A stretch of 54,624 nucleotides of DNA from positions 1 through 54,624 of the IMG/VR virus record IMGVR_UViG_3300020042_003419. One strand, written 5' to 3'. The stretch's first letter is position 1. Each line of letters starts with the position of its first letter. Shown here piece by piece: positions 35,769-46,200 of this stretch. Under the pieces are notes generated by a model. It ran no database searches. It saw nothing but the letters and a program-made list of their open reading frames with translations, and was not told the origin of the DNA. The position numbers were made by a program, and so were the translations under genes. This stretch comes from a virus. Its lineage: Duplodnaviria; Caudoviricetes.

Positions 35769-37560
35769 ACTTCTTGCTGATGGAGGCATGTTGCAAGAGG
35801 GTGGAACTGTCGATGAAATTAGTGGAAATGACGTTCCAATTGGTTCCACAAAAGAAGAAGTTAGGGACGATATTGATACCAAACTTAGTGTTGGTGAATA
35901 TGTATTTCCTGCCGATGTTACTCGCTATTACGGAATTGCAAAGCTTGAAGAGATGCGTAAAAAAGCTCAAGACAGTTTGAAACAAATGGAAAGCGGTGGA
36001 CGGATGGGCAACGCTGAAGAAGTGTCTGAGGAAGCAATTGCTGCTTATGACGAGGGTGAGTTTGCTAATGAAATTGATGATTCTATTGCAGAGTATGATA
36101 AAGAGCAAGAATATAATACAGGTGGTGTTGTAACATACGATCCTGCTGCTAGTGAAGAAAAGTATAAACGCGCTCCGCTTAAAGGTTTTGAAATGATTCC
36201 TATGTCAGATGACAAAGGTAATGTTATATATATACCTTTCGTTAACGGAAAACCTCAATTGGCTGTTCCGTTTGGTTATTCAATTAAAGCCGCAACTACA
36301 ACCCCTCCCGTTAATACTCCTGATGGCACAACTCCTACATCACCCGCTGTTCCTCAAGGCCCGACTGGTGGCGCTGGCGGCGCTCCAAGTAAAGGTGGTT
36401 ATACTCCAACATCTTCGTTAAGTTCTTCGGCTCCTATATCAGTTACAGGAAATATTCAAGCCTCACTTGAAGGATATTCTACTGCTTTATTTGGATTGCT
36501 CCCCTTTGCTATTCCAGCAAAAGTTATAGCAAATATGATGGTTGATAAGGCCGCTGTTGCTGAAGCTCAAGCAACCACAGATGCTATTGCTGCTGCCGTT
36601 GCTTCTGGAGTATCTCTTGGTGGTGGCTATGGAACACCTGTTTCTCAAGGTGGATATGGTGTTACCTCTCCGACAGGTGCAAGTATTGCAGCAAACCCAA
36701 TGGGGGTTGATCCAGCTACAGCACAGGGTCAGCAAGCTAATCTATCGTCTATTCTTTCACAAAGCATTGCAGATTCAATTGCTAATAACACCGATCCTAA
36801 CACTTCTCTTATTTCTGTGATGGCTCAACAAGGATTATCTTCAAGCGTTGGAGATACATCTGCCGCAGCTATGGGACTTAGCAGTAATGTAGGCGTTGCA
36901 GCGCCATCTTCAGGCGTATCAACTGCCGCCGTTGGAAATACCTCTCCCGCAGCTATGGGGCTTTCTAGTATGGGCGTTGCTGCTCCTAGTTCGGGTGGTG
37001 GTGACGGTGGTGGTGACGGTGGTGGTGTTGGTGGTGGTGACGGTGGTGGTGTTGGTGGTAGCGGTGTCGGTGCCGCTGGCGCTCCCGGTGGCGGCGGTGG
37101 TGCCTCTGGAGGCCCCGGCGGTGCTGGTGGTAGCGGTGTTGGCACTGCTTGCGTAGATCCAAAAACACTGGTACTTCTGGCTAACGGTTCTGAAATTTCT
37201 GCAGGGTTGTTAAAAATCGGGGATGTTGTCCACACACTCCATGAAGGCACTTTTGAATACGGTGACTTTGAAATTACCCGTGCAAAAATAGTACAGCAAC
37301 CAAAGAGAGTTATTAAATTTACAGACGCAAGTGAAATTACTACATCTGATTCTCACAAGTTCTTGCTTACTAACCGTGAGTGGAAAACTGTAGAAGACTT
37401 AAAACAAGGTGATGCTATTGAAACTGCACCAAACATAAATGCTGATGGATTTAAAGTTGTTTCCTCTATGGAACAAATAGGTAACGGCGATGTAGTCATA
37501 CTAACTATTGATCAGGCTCATACCTATATTTCAGAGGGACTTGTTTCCCATAACAAGTAA
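35737..37560 (+). CDS. Head-module protein with GG tags, Gly-rich linker and C-terminal Hint (BIL-like) domain
   Basis: N-terminal GG.V...DDI...LS.GEYV.PADV.R..G domain; Hint from Cys472 (CVDPKTLV...L.IGD.V...TSDSHKF...W..V..L..GD...HTYI..G.VSHNK*). Confidence 0.85.
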   Translation: MKSMFITKRNKLLADGGMLQEGGTVDEISGNDVPIGSTKEEVRDDIDTKLSVGEYVFPADVTRYYGIAKLEEMRKKAQDSLKQMESGGRMGNAEEVSEEAIAAYDEGEFANEIDDSIAEYDKEQEYNTGGVVTYDPAASEEKYKRAPLKGFEMIPMSDDKGNVIYIPFVNGKPQLAVPFGYSIKAATTTPPVNTPDGTTPTSPAVPQGPTGGAGGAPSKGGYTPTSSLSSSAPISVTGNIQASLEGYSTALFGLLPFAIPAKVIANMMVDKAAVAEAQATTDAIAAAVASGVSLGGGYGTPVSQGGYGVTSPTGASIAANPMGVDPATAQGQQANLSSILSQSIADSIANNTDPNTSLISVMAQQGLSSSVGDTSAAAMGLSSNVGVAAPSSGVSTAAVGNTSPAAMGLSSMGVAAPSSGGGDGGGDGGGVGGGDGGGVGGSGVGAAGAPGGGGGASGGPGGAGGSGVGTACVDPKTLVLLANGSEISAGLLKIGDVVHTLHEGTFEYGDFEITRAKIVQQPKRVIKFTDASEITTSDSHKFLLTNREWKTVEDLKQGDAIETAPNINADGFKVVSSMEQIGNGDVVILTIDQAHTYISEGLVSHNK

Positions 37561-37585
37561 TACTGTATAATATCAATATCTAAAC

Positions 37586-37671
37586 CAGTGATGGGCTGGA
37601 AGATACTTTATAACAACCCATCATTAATGGCTACCTATCTCCCCAGTTTTACTGGCTACAGTTAGCCCCAA
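37586..37671 (+). promoter_or_regulatory. Structured 5' leader of the scaffold gene
   Basis: TGATGGG/CCCATCA, CCAGT/ACTGG and GGCTA/TAGCC pairings just upstream of the SD. Confidence 0.45.
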
Positions 37672-37685
37672 CTTAAAAGGTAAAT

Positions 37686-38552
37686 ATGACAGAAGCAGTT
37701 ATTGAGCAAGCAAAAGTTATGTCTTTATATGGAAAACGTAATGCTAACACCGAACGAATTGAAAAAGAAGAAGCTGAACTAAAAACATTAATTGAAGGAG
37801 CCATCGGTGGGCGACAACAAAAAGCTGAAGAACCTAAAGCAGAAATTCAACCAGAATCTGCTGAAGAGAAAAGCTTTAAGAAACGTTATGGAGATTTGCG
37901 CCGTCACTCACAAGAACAACAACTGACTTTTCAAAAGCAGATTGATGAACTTAAAAGTCAGCTTCAGCTAAGCACTGAGCAGCAAATCAAAATGCCAAAG
38001 AGTGAGGCAGAGCTTGCCGCATGGGTACAGGCATACCCTGATGTTGCCAAGATTGTTGAAACCATTGCGTTGAAAAAAGCTAAGGAACAATCATCTTATT
38101 TGGAAGAGCGCTTTAAAGCCTTAGATGAACAAGAGAAACTAACGGCTCGTGAAAAAGCTGAAGCAGCATTGATAAAGGCTCATCCTGACTTTGAACAAAT
38201 TAGAGAAACTGATGAGTTTCACGAATGGGTTGATGATCAGCCTAAATATATTCAAGACGCTTTATATACTAACGATACAGACTACAAAGCTGCTTCTCGT
38301 GCCATTGATCTTTACAAGGCTGATAAGGGAATTACTAGAGCACCATATCGTGATACTAGCAAAGATGCTGCTGCAAGCGTTGGCATCCGTAAAAGTAAAG
38401 CCGCCCCTGATTCTGACAATGTTGAAGGCTCATTTAAAGAGAGTGAAGTTAATCGTATGAGCATTCAGCAGTATGAGGATAATCAGGAAGCAATTACCAA
38501 GGCTATTCGTAGTGGTAAATTTATTTACGATATTAGCGGGGCAAGCCGATAA
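37686..38552 (+). CDS. Capsid scaffolding protein
   Basis: Acidic coiled coil, FKKRYGDLRRH, HPDF..I...F..W; precedes the capsid gene. Confidence 0.8.
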   Translation: MTEAVIEQAKVMSLYGKRNANTERIEKEEAELKTLIEGAIGGRQQKAEEPKAEIQPESAEEKSFKKRYGDLRRHSQEQQLTFQKQIDELKSQLQLSTEQQIKMPKSEAELAAWVQAYPDVAKIVETIALKKAKEQSSYLEERFKALDEQEKLTAREKAEAALIKAHPDFEQIRETDEFHEWVDDQPKYIQDALYTNDTDYKAASRAIDLYKADKGITRAPYRDTSKDAAASVGIRKSKAAPDSDNVEGSFKESEVNRMSIQQYEDNQEAITKAIRSGKFIYDISGASR

Positions 38553-38555
38553 AAC

Positions 38556-38585
38556 TTGACAAAGTTAAAAAAGTAGTGTTATAAC
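38556..38585 (+). promoter_or_regulatory. Promoter for the major capsid gene
   Basis: TTGACA-N18-TATAAC with extended -10 TG. Confidence 0.7.
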
Positions 38586-38901
38586 TATCTTACAGAGCGA
38601 ACAGATGCTACTTTCTTGGCTTATCTAATAAGTCTAGTTCTGTAAAGAGTGACAAGTTGCCGTAGCAATACCAACCATCTTGTAAGAAACTCTTATGTAA
38701 ACATTGATTGAAATGGTTGAAGATCAATTTTTCTTTCTTTGTTATAACGAATAACAACGAGTTATCAGAATTACCTGTAACTTAATTGCCCGTGTATGTA
38801 TCTGAGGCATCAGAATAATACTCGCACCAATATAAGCCAGCCTCTGTAGACGTGTTTATCGTATTTGATTATATGCCAAACTATCTATAGGAGATTTAAT
38901 A

Positions 38902-39972
38902 ATGGCTTTTCCTTCCGCAACCGGTTACGGGCAACTAAGCAATGGTAACTTTTCGCCCGTCATTTATTCTAAACAAGTCCAAGTGGCTTTCCGCAAGTCG
39001 TCTACTGTTGAGGCTATCACCAACAATGACTACTTTGGTGAGATTGCTAACATGGGCGACTCAGTTAAAATCATCAAAGAGCCTGAAGTGTCGGTTCAGA
39101 ACTATGCTCGTGGTACTCAAATCACTGCACAAGAACTGGACGATCAAGACTTCACGTTAGTTGTTGACCAAGCTAACTACTTTGCATTCAAAATTGACGA
39201 CATTGAAGCCGCTCACTCTCATGTAAATTTCATGCAAATGGCTTCTGACCGCGCTGCTTATCGCTTGCGTGATCAGTTTGACCAAGACGTATTGGGTTAC
39301 TTGACAGGCTTCCAGCAAGCAGCTAAGCATGCCAATGCCAGCGTTGCTCGTAGTACCGCTCCCGGCACCAAGTCTGTTTCTACGGCTGATTCTGACGAAC
39401 TGTTGGCAACAATGAAGCTGAAAAAAAGCAGCTTCGGTAACATCACTACGGCCTCTGCTGGTGATCATTCGATTCCCTTGGCTGCTCGTCTGCCCGGCGC
39501 TACTGCTCTGCCTACCTCTACGGCTTCACCTTTGATGGTGCTGGCACGTATGTCTCGTCTGTTGGATCAACAACTTGTTGACACCACTGGTCGTTGGGTT
39601 GTTGTTGACCCCGTGTTTGTTGAGTTGCTGAAAGATGAAGACAGCCGTCTTTTGAATAGTGACTTCGGTGGTGTTGGTCTGCAAAACGGATTGATCTTGA
39701 ACAACTTGCACGGCTTCAAAGTGTATGTGTCGAGCAACTTGCCTTCTGTTGGTACTGGCCCCGGTACTACTGGCACTGCCAACCAAAATAGCAACTATGG
39801 TGTTATTGTTGCTGGTAACGATCAGGCCGTTGCTTCTGCTCAGCAAATTACCAAAACCGAAACCTATCGTGACCCTGACAGCTTTGCTGACATCGTTCGT
39901 GGTATGCACCTGTATGGTCGTAAGATTTTGCGTCCTGAAGCTCTGGTAACTGCAAAGTACAACGCCGCCTAA
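38902..39972 (+). CDS. Major capsid protein (HMO-2011-type/N4-gp56-like)
   Basis: NFSPVIYSK, ITN.DY.GEI...GD.VKI, FKIDDIE, F.DIVRG.H.YG.K..RPE; strong AGGAG SD and biased codons. Confidence 0.92.
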   Translation: MAFPSATGYGQLSNGNFSPVIYSKQVQVAFRKSSTVEAITNNDYFGEIANMGDSVKIIKEPEVSVQNYARGTQITAQELDDQDFTLVVDQANYFAFKIDDIEAAHSHVNFMQMASDRAAYRLRDQFDQDVLGYLTGFQQAAKHANASVARSTAPGTKSVSTADSDELLATMKLKKSSFGNITTASAGDHSIPLAARLPGATALPTSTASPLMVLARMSRLLDQQLVDTTGRWVVVDPVFVELLKDEDSRLLNSDFGGVGLQNGLILNNLHGFKVYVSSNLPSVGTGPGTTGTANQNSNYGVIVAGNDQAVASAQQITKTETYRDPDSFADIVRGMHLYGRKILRPEALVTAKYNAA

Positions 39973-39981
39973 ATGTGAAAC

Positions 39982-40012
39982 GAACGGGGTTGGCTTGCCT
40001 TCCCTGTTCTTC
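39982..40012 (+). terminator. Hairpin after the capsid gene
   Basis: GAACGGGG...CCCTGTTC imperfect stem, weak U tract. Confidence 0.4.
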
Positions 40013-40037
40013 ATAATCCTTAAAGAAAGAAACTTTT

Positions 40038-40445
40038 ATGTCTATCGTTCAATCTATCCGTCCTCAACCTGTATTACTTGAGAAAGATGTGTCGCTTGCT
40101 GCTACTTCTGGCACTACTGTTGGCATTTCTGTACCTGCCGGTGTCACCGTGCTTGCTGCTGGTTTTCAAAACTATGTCGTAGTTGCTGATGTGACTACGT
40201 ATACTTTGGATGTTACTGATGGCACCACCGTGTTTGCCAATGACCTTAACTTTGACAACACTGCTGCTAACAGCAACAAAGGCGGCGTCACTCCCGGCTT
40301 TATCGCTGCTGCCGACACCATTGATGTTGTAACCACCATCTCTGGCTCGCCCGGTATTATCACTGGTCGTGTGTGGGCTTTGGTTGCCGATTGCAGTGCT
40401 GGCACTCGTACTGCTGCCACTGTTGATCGTGATCAACTGGCTTAA
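40038..40445 (+). CDS. Capsid decoration / minor capsid protein
   Basis: Follows the capsid gene, beta-rich, similar codon bias. Confidence 0.65.
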   Translation: MSIVQSIRPQPVLLEKDVSLAATSGTTVGISVPAGVTVLAAGFQNYVVVADVTTYTLDVTDGTTVFANDLNFDNTAANSNKGGVTPGFIAAADTIDVVTTISGSPGIITGRVWALVADCSAGTRTAATVDRDQLA

Positions 40446-40459
40446 TACGTAAGTCTAAC

Positions 40460-40500
40460 AAGGGGGTACTGAGGATTCTCGGTGCTCCCTTTATTTGTTT
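40460..40500 (+). terminator. Intrinsic terminator
   Basis: AAGGGGGTACTGAG-GATT-CTCGGTGCTCCCTT followed by a T-rich tract. Confidence 0.8.
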
Positions 40501-40521
40501 GCGTGTTAAGGAATAACAAAA

Positions 40522-41238
40522 ATGGCATATGATTATATTGGTCTAACTAATGAAGTTAACCGCCGACTCAACGAGGTTGAACTAACCTCTTCAAACTTTG
40601 CTTCCGCTAATGGTTTTTATGCCACGGTCAAAGATGCTGTTAATGCGTCAATTCGTGATATTAATCACACACACTATGAGTGGCCTTTCAATCACGTTCT
40701 TGCTCAAGAAACACTGACGGCAGGAACTACTCGTTATGCTTTTCCCGCTAATGCCAACACACTAGACTTTGATACCTTTCGCATCAAGGCCAACAGCACT
40801 TTTGGAAACAGTACAGTTAAATTAGAAATTGTTGCTTATGAAGACTATCTTGAAAGCAATGTAGATCAGGAATATAGAACAGATAAAAGAGAAGTTCCTA
40901 AGTTTGTATTTCATTCTCCAAGTCTCCAATATGGTGTTACTCCAGCACCTGATCAAAACTATGAAATCTTATACGAATATTACAGTATTCCAACCGATTT
41001 AGCTAATGCTACAGATGTACCCACTATTCCAGAGCGCTTTCGTCATGTCATTGTTGATGGTGCAATGTTTCATGCGTATATGTTTCGCAGCAATGAGCAA
41101 GCAGCTAATATTTCTAAAAGCAAAATGGAAGAAGGAATTAAGCACATGCGAACAATGTTAGTTAATAGATATTCTTATATGCGTTCTACTGTAATTGTTG
41201 GTCGTTCTACATCCTCTTTTGGAAGCAGGGTAGCATAA
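40522..41238 (+). CDS. Tail tubular protein A / head-tail adaptor
   Basis: L.NEV.RRLNE, WPF, P.PD..Y...YEY, IPERF.HVIVDGA; position. Confidence 0.75.
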   Translation: MAYDYIGLTNEVNRRLNEVELTSSNFASANGFYATVKDAVNASIRDINHTHYEWPFNHVLAQETLTAGTTRYAFPANANTLDFDTFRIKANSTFGNSTVKLEIVAYEDYLESNVDQEYRTDKREVPKFVFHSPSLQYGVTPAPDQNYEILYEYYSIPTDLANATDVPTIPERFRHVIVDGAMFHAYMFRSNEQAANISKSKMEEGIKHMRTMLVNRYSYMRSTVIVGRSTSSFGSRVA

Positions 41239-41239
41239 T

Positions 41240-43216
41240 ATGGCAGACGCATGGCAAACATACGCCTTTGAATTCAGAGGCGGTCTTGTTTCTAATTTAT
41301 CCCCATTGCAACATGGTTCGCAATTGCCGGGTAGTGCGCGTGTATTAAAGAATTTTGAACCATCTGTTGAAGGTGGATATCGCCGTATTGAAGGCTTTGA
41401 TAAATATGATAGTAATTTAGTTCCAGCCTATGGTGAACCAAAAGTGCAAGGTGGTAGTCAAACTGGCACGGTTCTATTAATTGCTAATATTAATGTAACT
41501 CCTGTTGCTGGAAACACTTTTACAATTGCTGGTGTTACTGGTACATATACTATTGCTGGTGGTGGTGTTAGTCATGATGCTACTAATAAAACAGCAACGC
41601 TAACTCTTACAACGTCCTTAGCTAGTAGCCCTGCTGATAAAGCTGTTATTACTTTTGCTACAATTTCTGGTCTTGTAAAAGGTGTTGCTGCTTGGAATAA
41701 TTCCGTACTTGCCTTACGTAATAATGATATTTATACATCTGTTGGTACAGGCTGGACAAAAATTAATAAACCAAGCTACGGTACGGTATTGGTTAATGGC
41801 GGCAGTCAAACAGGAAGCAGTTTAATTATTGATGGTTTAACAGGTGTTCCTAAAGCTGGAGACACCTTCAGCATTGCTGGTGTACAGAAGGTCTATACGG
41901 TGCTTGCAGACGCCTCTGTAACCACTGGAGCTACCACCCTATCAATTAGCCCTGCGCTCGCTTCTAGCCCTGCTGATAATGCTGCTATTACATGGTTATC
42001 TGCAGCATACACATCAGGATCAAAACTACGTACTAATAAGTATCGTATTAGTCTTACTGAAAAGATTATTGGTGTTGATGGTGTTAATTATCCATTTGTT
42101 TGGGATGGCACTACCTTTAGTTTTATTAATGGTTCTATAGATATTCTTGCTACACAATTTGTTGTGTTTCATAAGAATCAAATGTTCTTTGCTAAAGGTG
42201 ATAAGTTAATATTTACAGCGCCGTATAGTGATAATGATTTTAGTACAGCAAACGGCAGTGGTGTTATTTCTGTTGGAGCCGCTATTACTGGTATAATTGT
42301 GTTTAGAGAAACATTAATTATTTTTACTGAAAGAACAATTAGTCAACTTAGTGGCAATACCATTTCAGATTTTAATCTGCAAACAATTACACGAAACGTT
42401 GGTTGTGTAGCCAGCGATACCATTCAAGAAATTGGTGGAGATGTAATGTTTCTTGGCCCCGATGGTCTTAGACTGTTGGGAGGAACAGATAAGTTTGGTG
42501 ACTTTAGTTTGGGTGTTGTTTCAAAACCAATTCAATCTGAGACAACTGGTTTGATTTCAAGCAGTACAAGTTTTGCAAGTATAATTATTAAAAATAAATC
42601 TCAATATCGTTTATTTGGATATAGTGATTCAGTTACATCATCTTCATCAAAAGGAATACTTGGAACACAGATGGTTGGTGATAATACAAGCAACATTGCT
42701 TGGGCAGAAACACTTGGGATAAAAGCTTATGTTGCAGATTCAGAGTATAGAAGTCAAGTGGAAACAATTATTTTTTCAAATACTGATGGGTATGTTTATG
42801 AGATGGAAAAAGGAAATAGCTTTGACGGATTAAATATTGTTGCTTCTTTTTCAACACCATATGTGCATATGAATGATCCTTTCATTCGTAAAACTATTTA
42901 TAAAATGCAGTTGTATATTAACGCCAAAGGAAGTGTTACTACATCTGTAAATTTGAAACTTGATTTTGATGATTTTGGAAGCATACAACCTCAAACAATA
43001 TTGTTAAGTAATGTAACTGGAAGTGTTGGTTTTTATGGAGACAGTCTTTCTAAATACGGAACAACTATTTATGGAGCTAAACTTCAAAAACAATTTAAAA
43101 CACAAATGATTGGTTCAGGGTTTACTGTGTCATTACAATTTATTTCAGACAGCCAAGATCCTCCTTCTTCTTTTGACGCAGTGACCATTGAGTATGCATC
43201 TCATGATAGACGATAG
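41240..43216 (+). CDS. Tail tubular protein B / nozzle
   Basis: GGL...NFEP...GGYRRI.G; GC....IQE.G.D..FL..DG.R; two inserted ~75-aa repeats. Confidence 0.75.
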   Translation: MADAWQTYAFEFRGGLVSNLSPLQHGSQLPGSARVLKNFEPSVEGGYRRIEGFDKYDSNLVPAYGEPKVQGGSQTGTVLLIANINVTPVAGNTFTIAGVTGTYTIAGGGVSHDATNKTATLTLTTSLASSPADKAVITFATISGLVKGVAAWNNSVLALRNNDIYTSVGTGWTKINKPSYGTVLVNGGSQTGSSLIIDGLTGVPKAGDTFSIAGVQKVYTVLADASVTTGATTLSISPALASSPADNAAITWLSAAYTSGSKLRTNKYRISLTEKIIGVDGVNYPFVWDGTTFSFINGSIDILATQFVVFHKNQMFFAKGDKLIFTAPYSDNDFSTANGSGVISVGAAITGIIVFRETLIIFTERTISQLSGNTISDFNLQTITRNVGCVASDTIQEIGGDVMFLGPDGLRLLGGTDKFGDFSLGVVSKPIQSETTGLISSSTSFASIIIKNKSQYRLFGYSDSVTSSSSKGILGTQMVGDNTSNIAWAETLGIKAYVADSEYRSQVETIIFSNTDGYVYEMEKGNSFDGLNIVASFSTPYVHMNDPFIRKTIYKMQLYINAKGSVTTSVNLKLDFDDFGSIQPQTILLSNVTGSVGFYGDSLSKYGTTIYGAKLQKQFKTQMIGSGFTVSLQFISDSQDPPSSFDAVTIEYASHDRR

Positions 43217-43244
43217 TTACAACTAATTTAATTGAAAGAAAAAT

Positions 43245-46200
43245 ATGACAGGATATACTCGTAAAGACACTACCAATAATATTGCTGACGGAAACGTTAT
43301 CAATGCTGCTGACTTGGATAATGAATTTGATGGTGTTCAAGCAGCTTTTGTTGCTGCTACTGGTCATACTCATGACGGCACTGCTTCTGAAGGAGCGCCT
43401 ATCACCAAGATTGGGCCAGTACAAGATGTTGTTGTATCTATATCATCAATGTCTCCAAAGACTACAAATACCATTGATCTTGGTACATCTTCTTTGAAAT
43501 ATAAAGATGCCTACCTTGCTGGTAATGCAAGTGTTGGCGGTACGTTAGCGGTAACAGGTGTGGCTACATTAACAGCACAGCCTGTCCTTAGTTCTTTGAC
43601 AGCCTCCAGTGCTGTTGCCACTAACGCCAGCAAAGGCTTGGTATCTGTTACTAACACTGGTTCTGGTGATAATGTATTAGCCACTTCACCTACGCTGGTC
43701 ACACCAGCATTGGGTACTCCTAGTGCTTTGGTTGGTACAAACATCACTGGCACTGCTTCTGGACTTACCGCAGGTAATGTAACTACTAATGCCAATCTTA
43801 CTGGAGATGTAACTTCTGTAGGCAATGCAACCACCCTCACTAATGCACCAGTTATTGCTAAAGTGCTTACTGGATACGTATCTGGTGCAGGAACTGTAGC
43901 TGCTACAGATTCAATTTTACAAGCCATTCAAAAACTCAATGGCAATGATGCTACTAATGCTAATCTGACGGGAGCGGTTACATCAGTAGGTAACGCCACA
44001 TCACTTGGTTCGTTCACATCGTTGCAACTTAACACAGCCTTGACAGACGAAACTGGTTCAGGTGCTGCAGTGTTTGCTACCAGTCCTACATTGGTCACAC
44101 CAGATTTAGGCACACCTAGCGCATTAGTTGGTACAAACATCACCGGCACTGCTACCAACTTCACTGCAAGCAATGTCACTACCAATGCTAACTTGACCGG
44201 AGCAGTTACATCAGTTGGCAATGCTTCCTCGCTTGGTTCATTCACATCATTACAACTTGCAACGGCACTAACTGACGAAACTGGTTCTGGTGCTGCGGTG
44301 TTTGCTACATCACCCACCCTAGTCACTCCTGCACTAGGCGCAGCAACCGCTACTAGCCTTGTTTCATCTGGCACAGCGGCGAGCAGTTTCAGTGTTACCA
44401 GCGGGTCAGCCGTACCGTTGACGATTACTAATGCGGGCACCGGGAATTCTTTTGTAGTTGAAGATGAAAACTCTGATGCTTCCCCTTTTGTAATCGCTAA
44501 TAACGGTACGGTAATTACTGGGTACACTTCGCGGGTTACAGCAGTTAATATTGTTGAAGCGCATAGCGCCTCCGGTGTTAACAGTTCACCTGCTATAGGT
44601 GTTTACAGTTGGGGAACATCTGCCACGGGCGGCGGTCTAAATCTGTATAAATCTCGTTCAGGTACTGTGGGAACGTACTCGCTTGTAGCAACTGGAACTC
44701 AATCCAGCGTTCGTTTCCAATTTGATGACGGCGCAACTTTTCAGCAAGCCGCTTCTATTATTGGCTCGGTAGAAGGTACACCGGCGCTTAACAGTATGCC
44801 CGGACGCCTAACCTTCTCTACTACGCCGGACGGGTCTGCCACACCGACTGAGCGCGTTCGTATTGACAGCGCGGGAAATATAGGCGTTAGCGAGGCTGCT
44901 ACTGCTGGCACTACACTTTCTATTCCCAAAGCGCAAACAGGCGCTACATCTGCAACCACTGTTTCTGTTCGGATGAACCCTTTGGTTGACGTAACAACCA
45001 ATTCGACTGGTTATACAACCTTTGCACTAAATGGCGTTGGCACCAGCACAACAAACTTTTTTCATTACACTGCTAATCAAGGCACTTTTTCTGGAACAGC
45101 GCCAACAAACCAATATGGTTTTAATGCTTCTAACGCATTAACCGGAGCCACCAACAATTACGGCTTCTACAGCAACATAGCCTCAGGCACTAACCGCTTT
45201 AACTTCTACGCTGCTGGTACTGCTGCTAATCTGTTTGCTGGCGTTTCTCAGTTTGCCGCTGGCACAGCAGCACTGCCCGGCATCACGCAGATCAGTGACT
45301 TAAACACGGGCATCTACTTCCCCACCGCTGATACTCTTGGGTTTACTACGGGTGGTACTGAGCGCGTTCGTATTGACAGCGCGGGGGCTGTGGGCATTGG
45401 TACATCTGCGGTAGCCGCTGACACTTTACGAGTTGGCAAAACCATAACAGGTGCGGGTACTTCGCAAGCAGTTTATGCGGTAGGAGCAATCCAGTCCGAT
45501 GTGACTGGTGCAGCTATCTATTTCCGCACATTTGCAAATACTGCGGCGGCGGCGTTTACTCTGAGTGAAATGAGTCACTTTAGGGCAGAACAAGGAACTA
45601 TCGGCGCAAGCTCTACCGTAACAAACCAGATCGGCTATCACGTAAATTCAACGCTTACCGGAGCCACAAGCAACTACGGCTTTTACAGCAACATAGCCTC
45701 AGGCACTAACCGCTTCAACTTCTACGCAAACGGGACTGCTGATAACTACTTTGCTGGTAGCGTGGGGATTGGTACAGCTCCTACGGCAGGATTAAAAGTT
45801 TCAATTGCCGGAACCGCGTCTGGTGCTACATCAACATTTGGACTATTTAACGCCCAAACTGTTGACCCCGCAGTAAGTTCCGTACTTCATATAAGTTTTG
45901 GTGCAGCAACTACCGTATCAGCAGGAACACTGCCTGACCTTCGCGCCTACAACGTAAGCCAAGGAACATTTACTGGAACAGTCACAAGTCAATATGCTTT
46001 TTTTGTTCAAGGCACATTTGTTGGAGCCACCAACAATTACGGCTTCTACAGCAATATAGCCGCAGCCAGCAATAGGTGGAATTTCTACGCTGCTGGTACT
46101 GCTAGAAATTACATGGCGGCTGATTTGACCGTCAATGGTGCTACAGCTATTCCTGCTGGCGGTACAGCAGGTGCGGGTCTGATGGTATCAACCACAGCCA

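Noticed and set aside
37150-37560. Canonical splicing intein / mobile element
   Set aside because: No homing endonuclease; the residue after HN is Lys then stop, so there is no C-extein to splice
45141-46110. Diversity-generating retroelement TR/VR pair in the tail fibre
   Set aside because: No reverse transcriptase; all copies are coding and the differences are not adenine-specific
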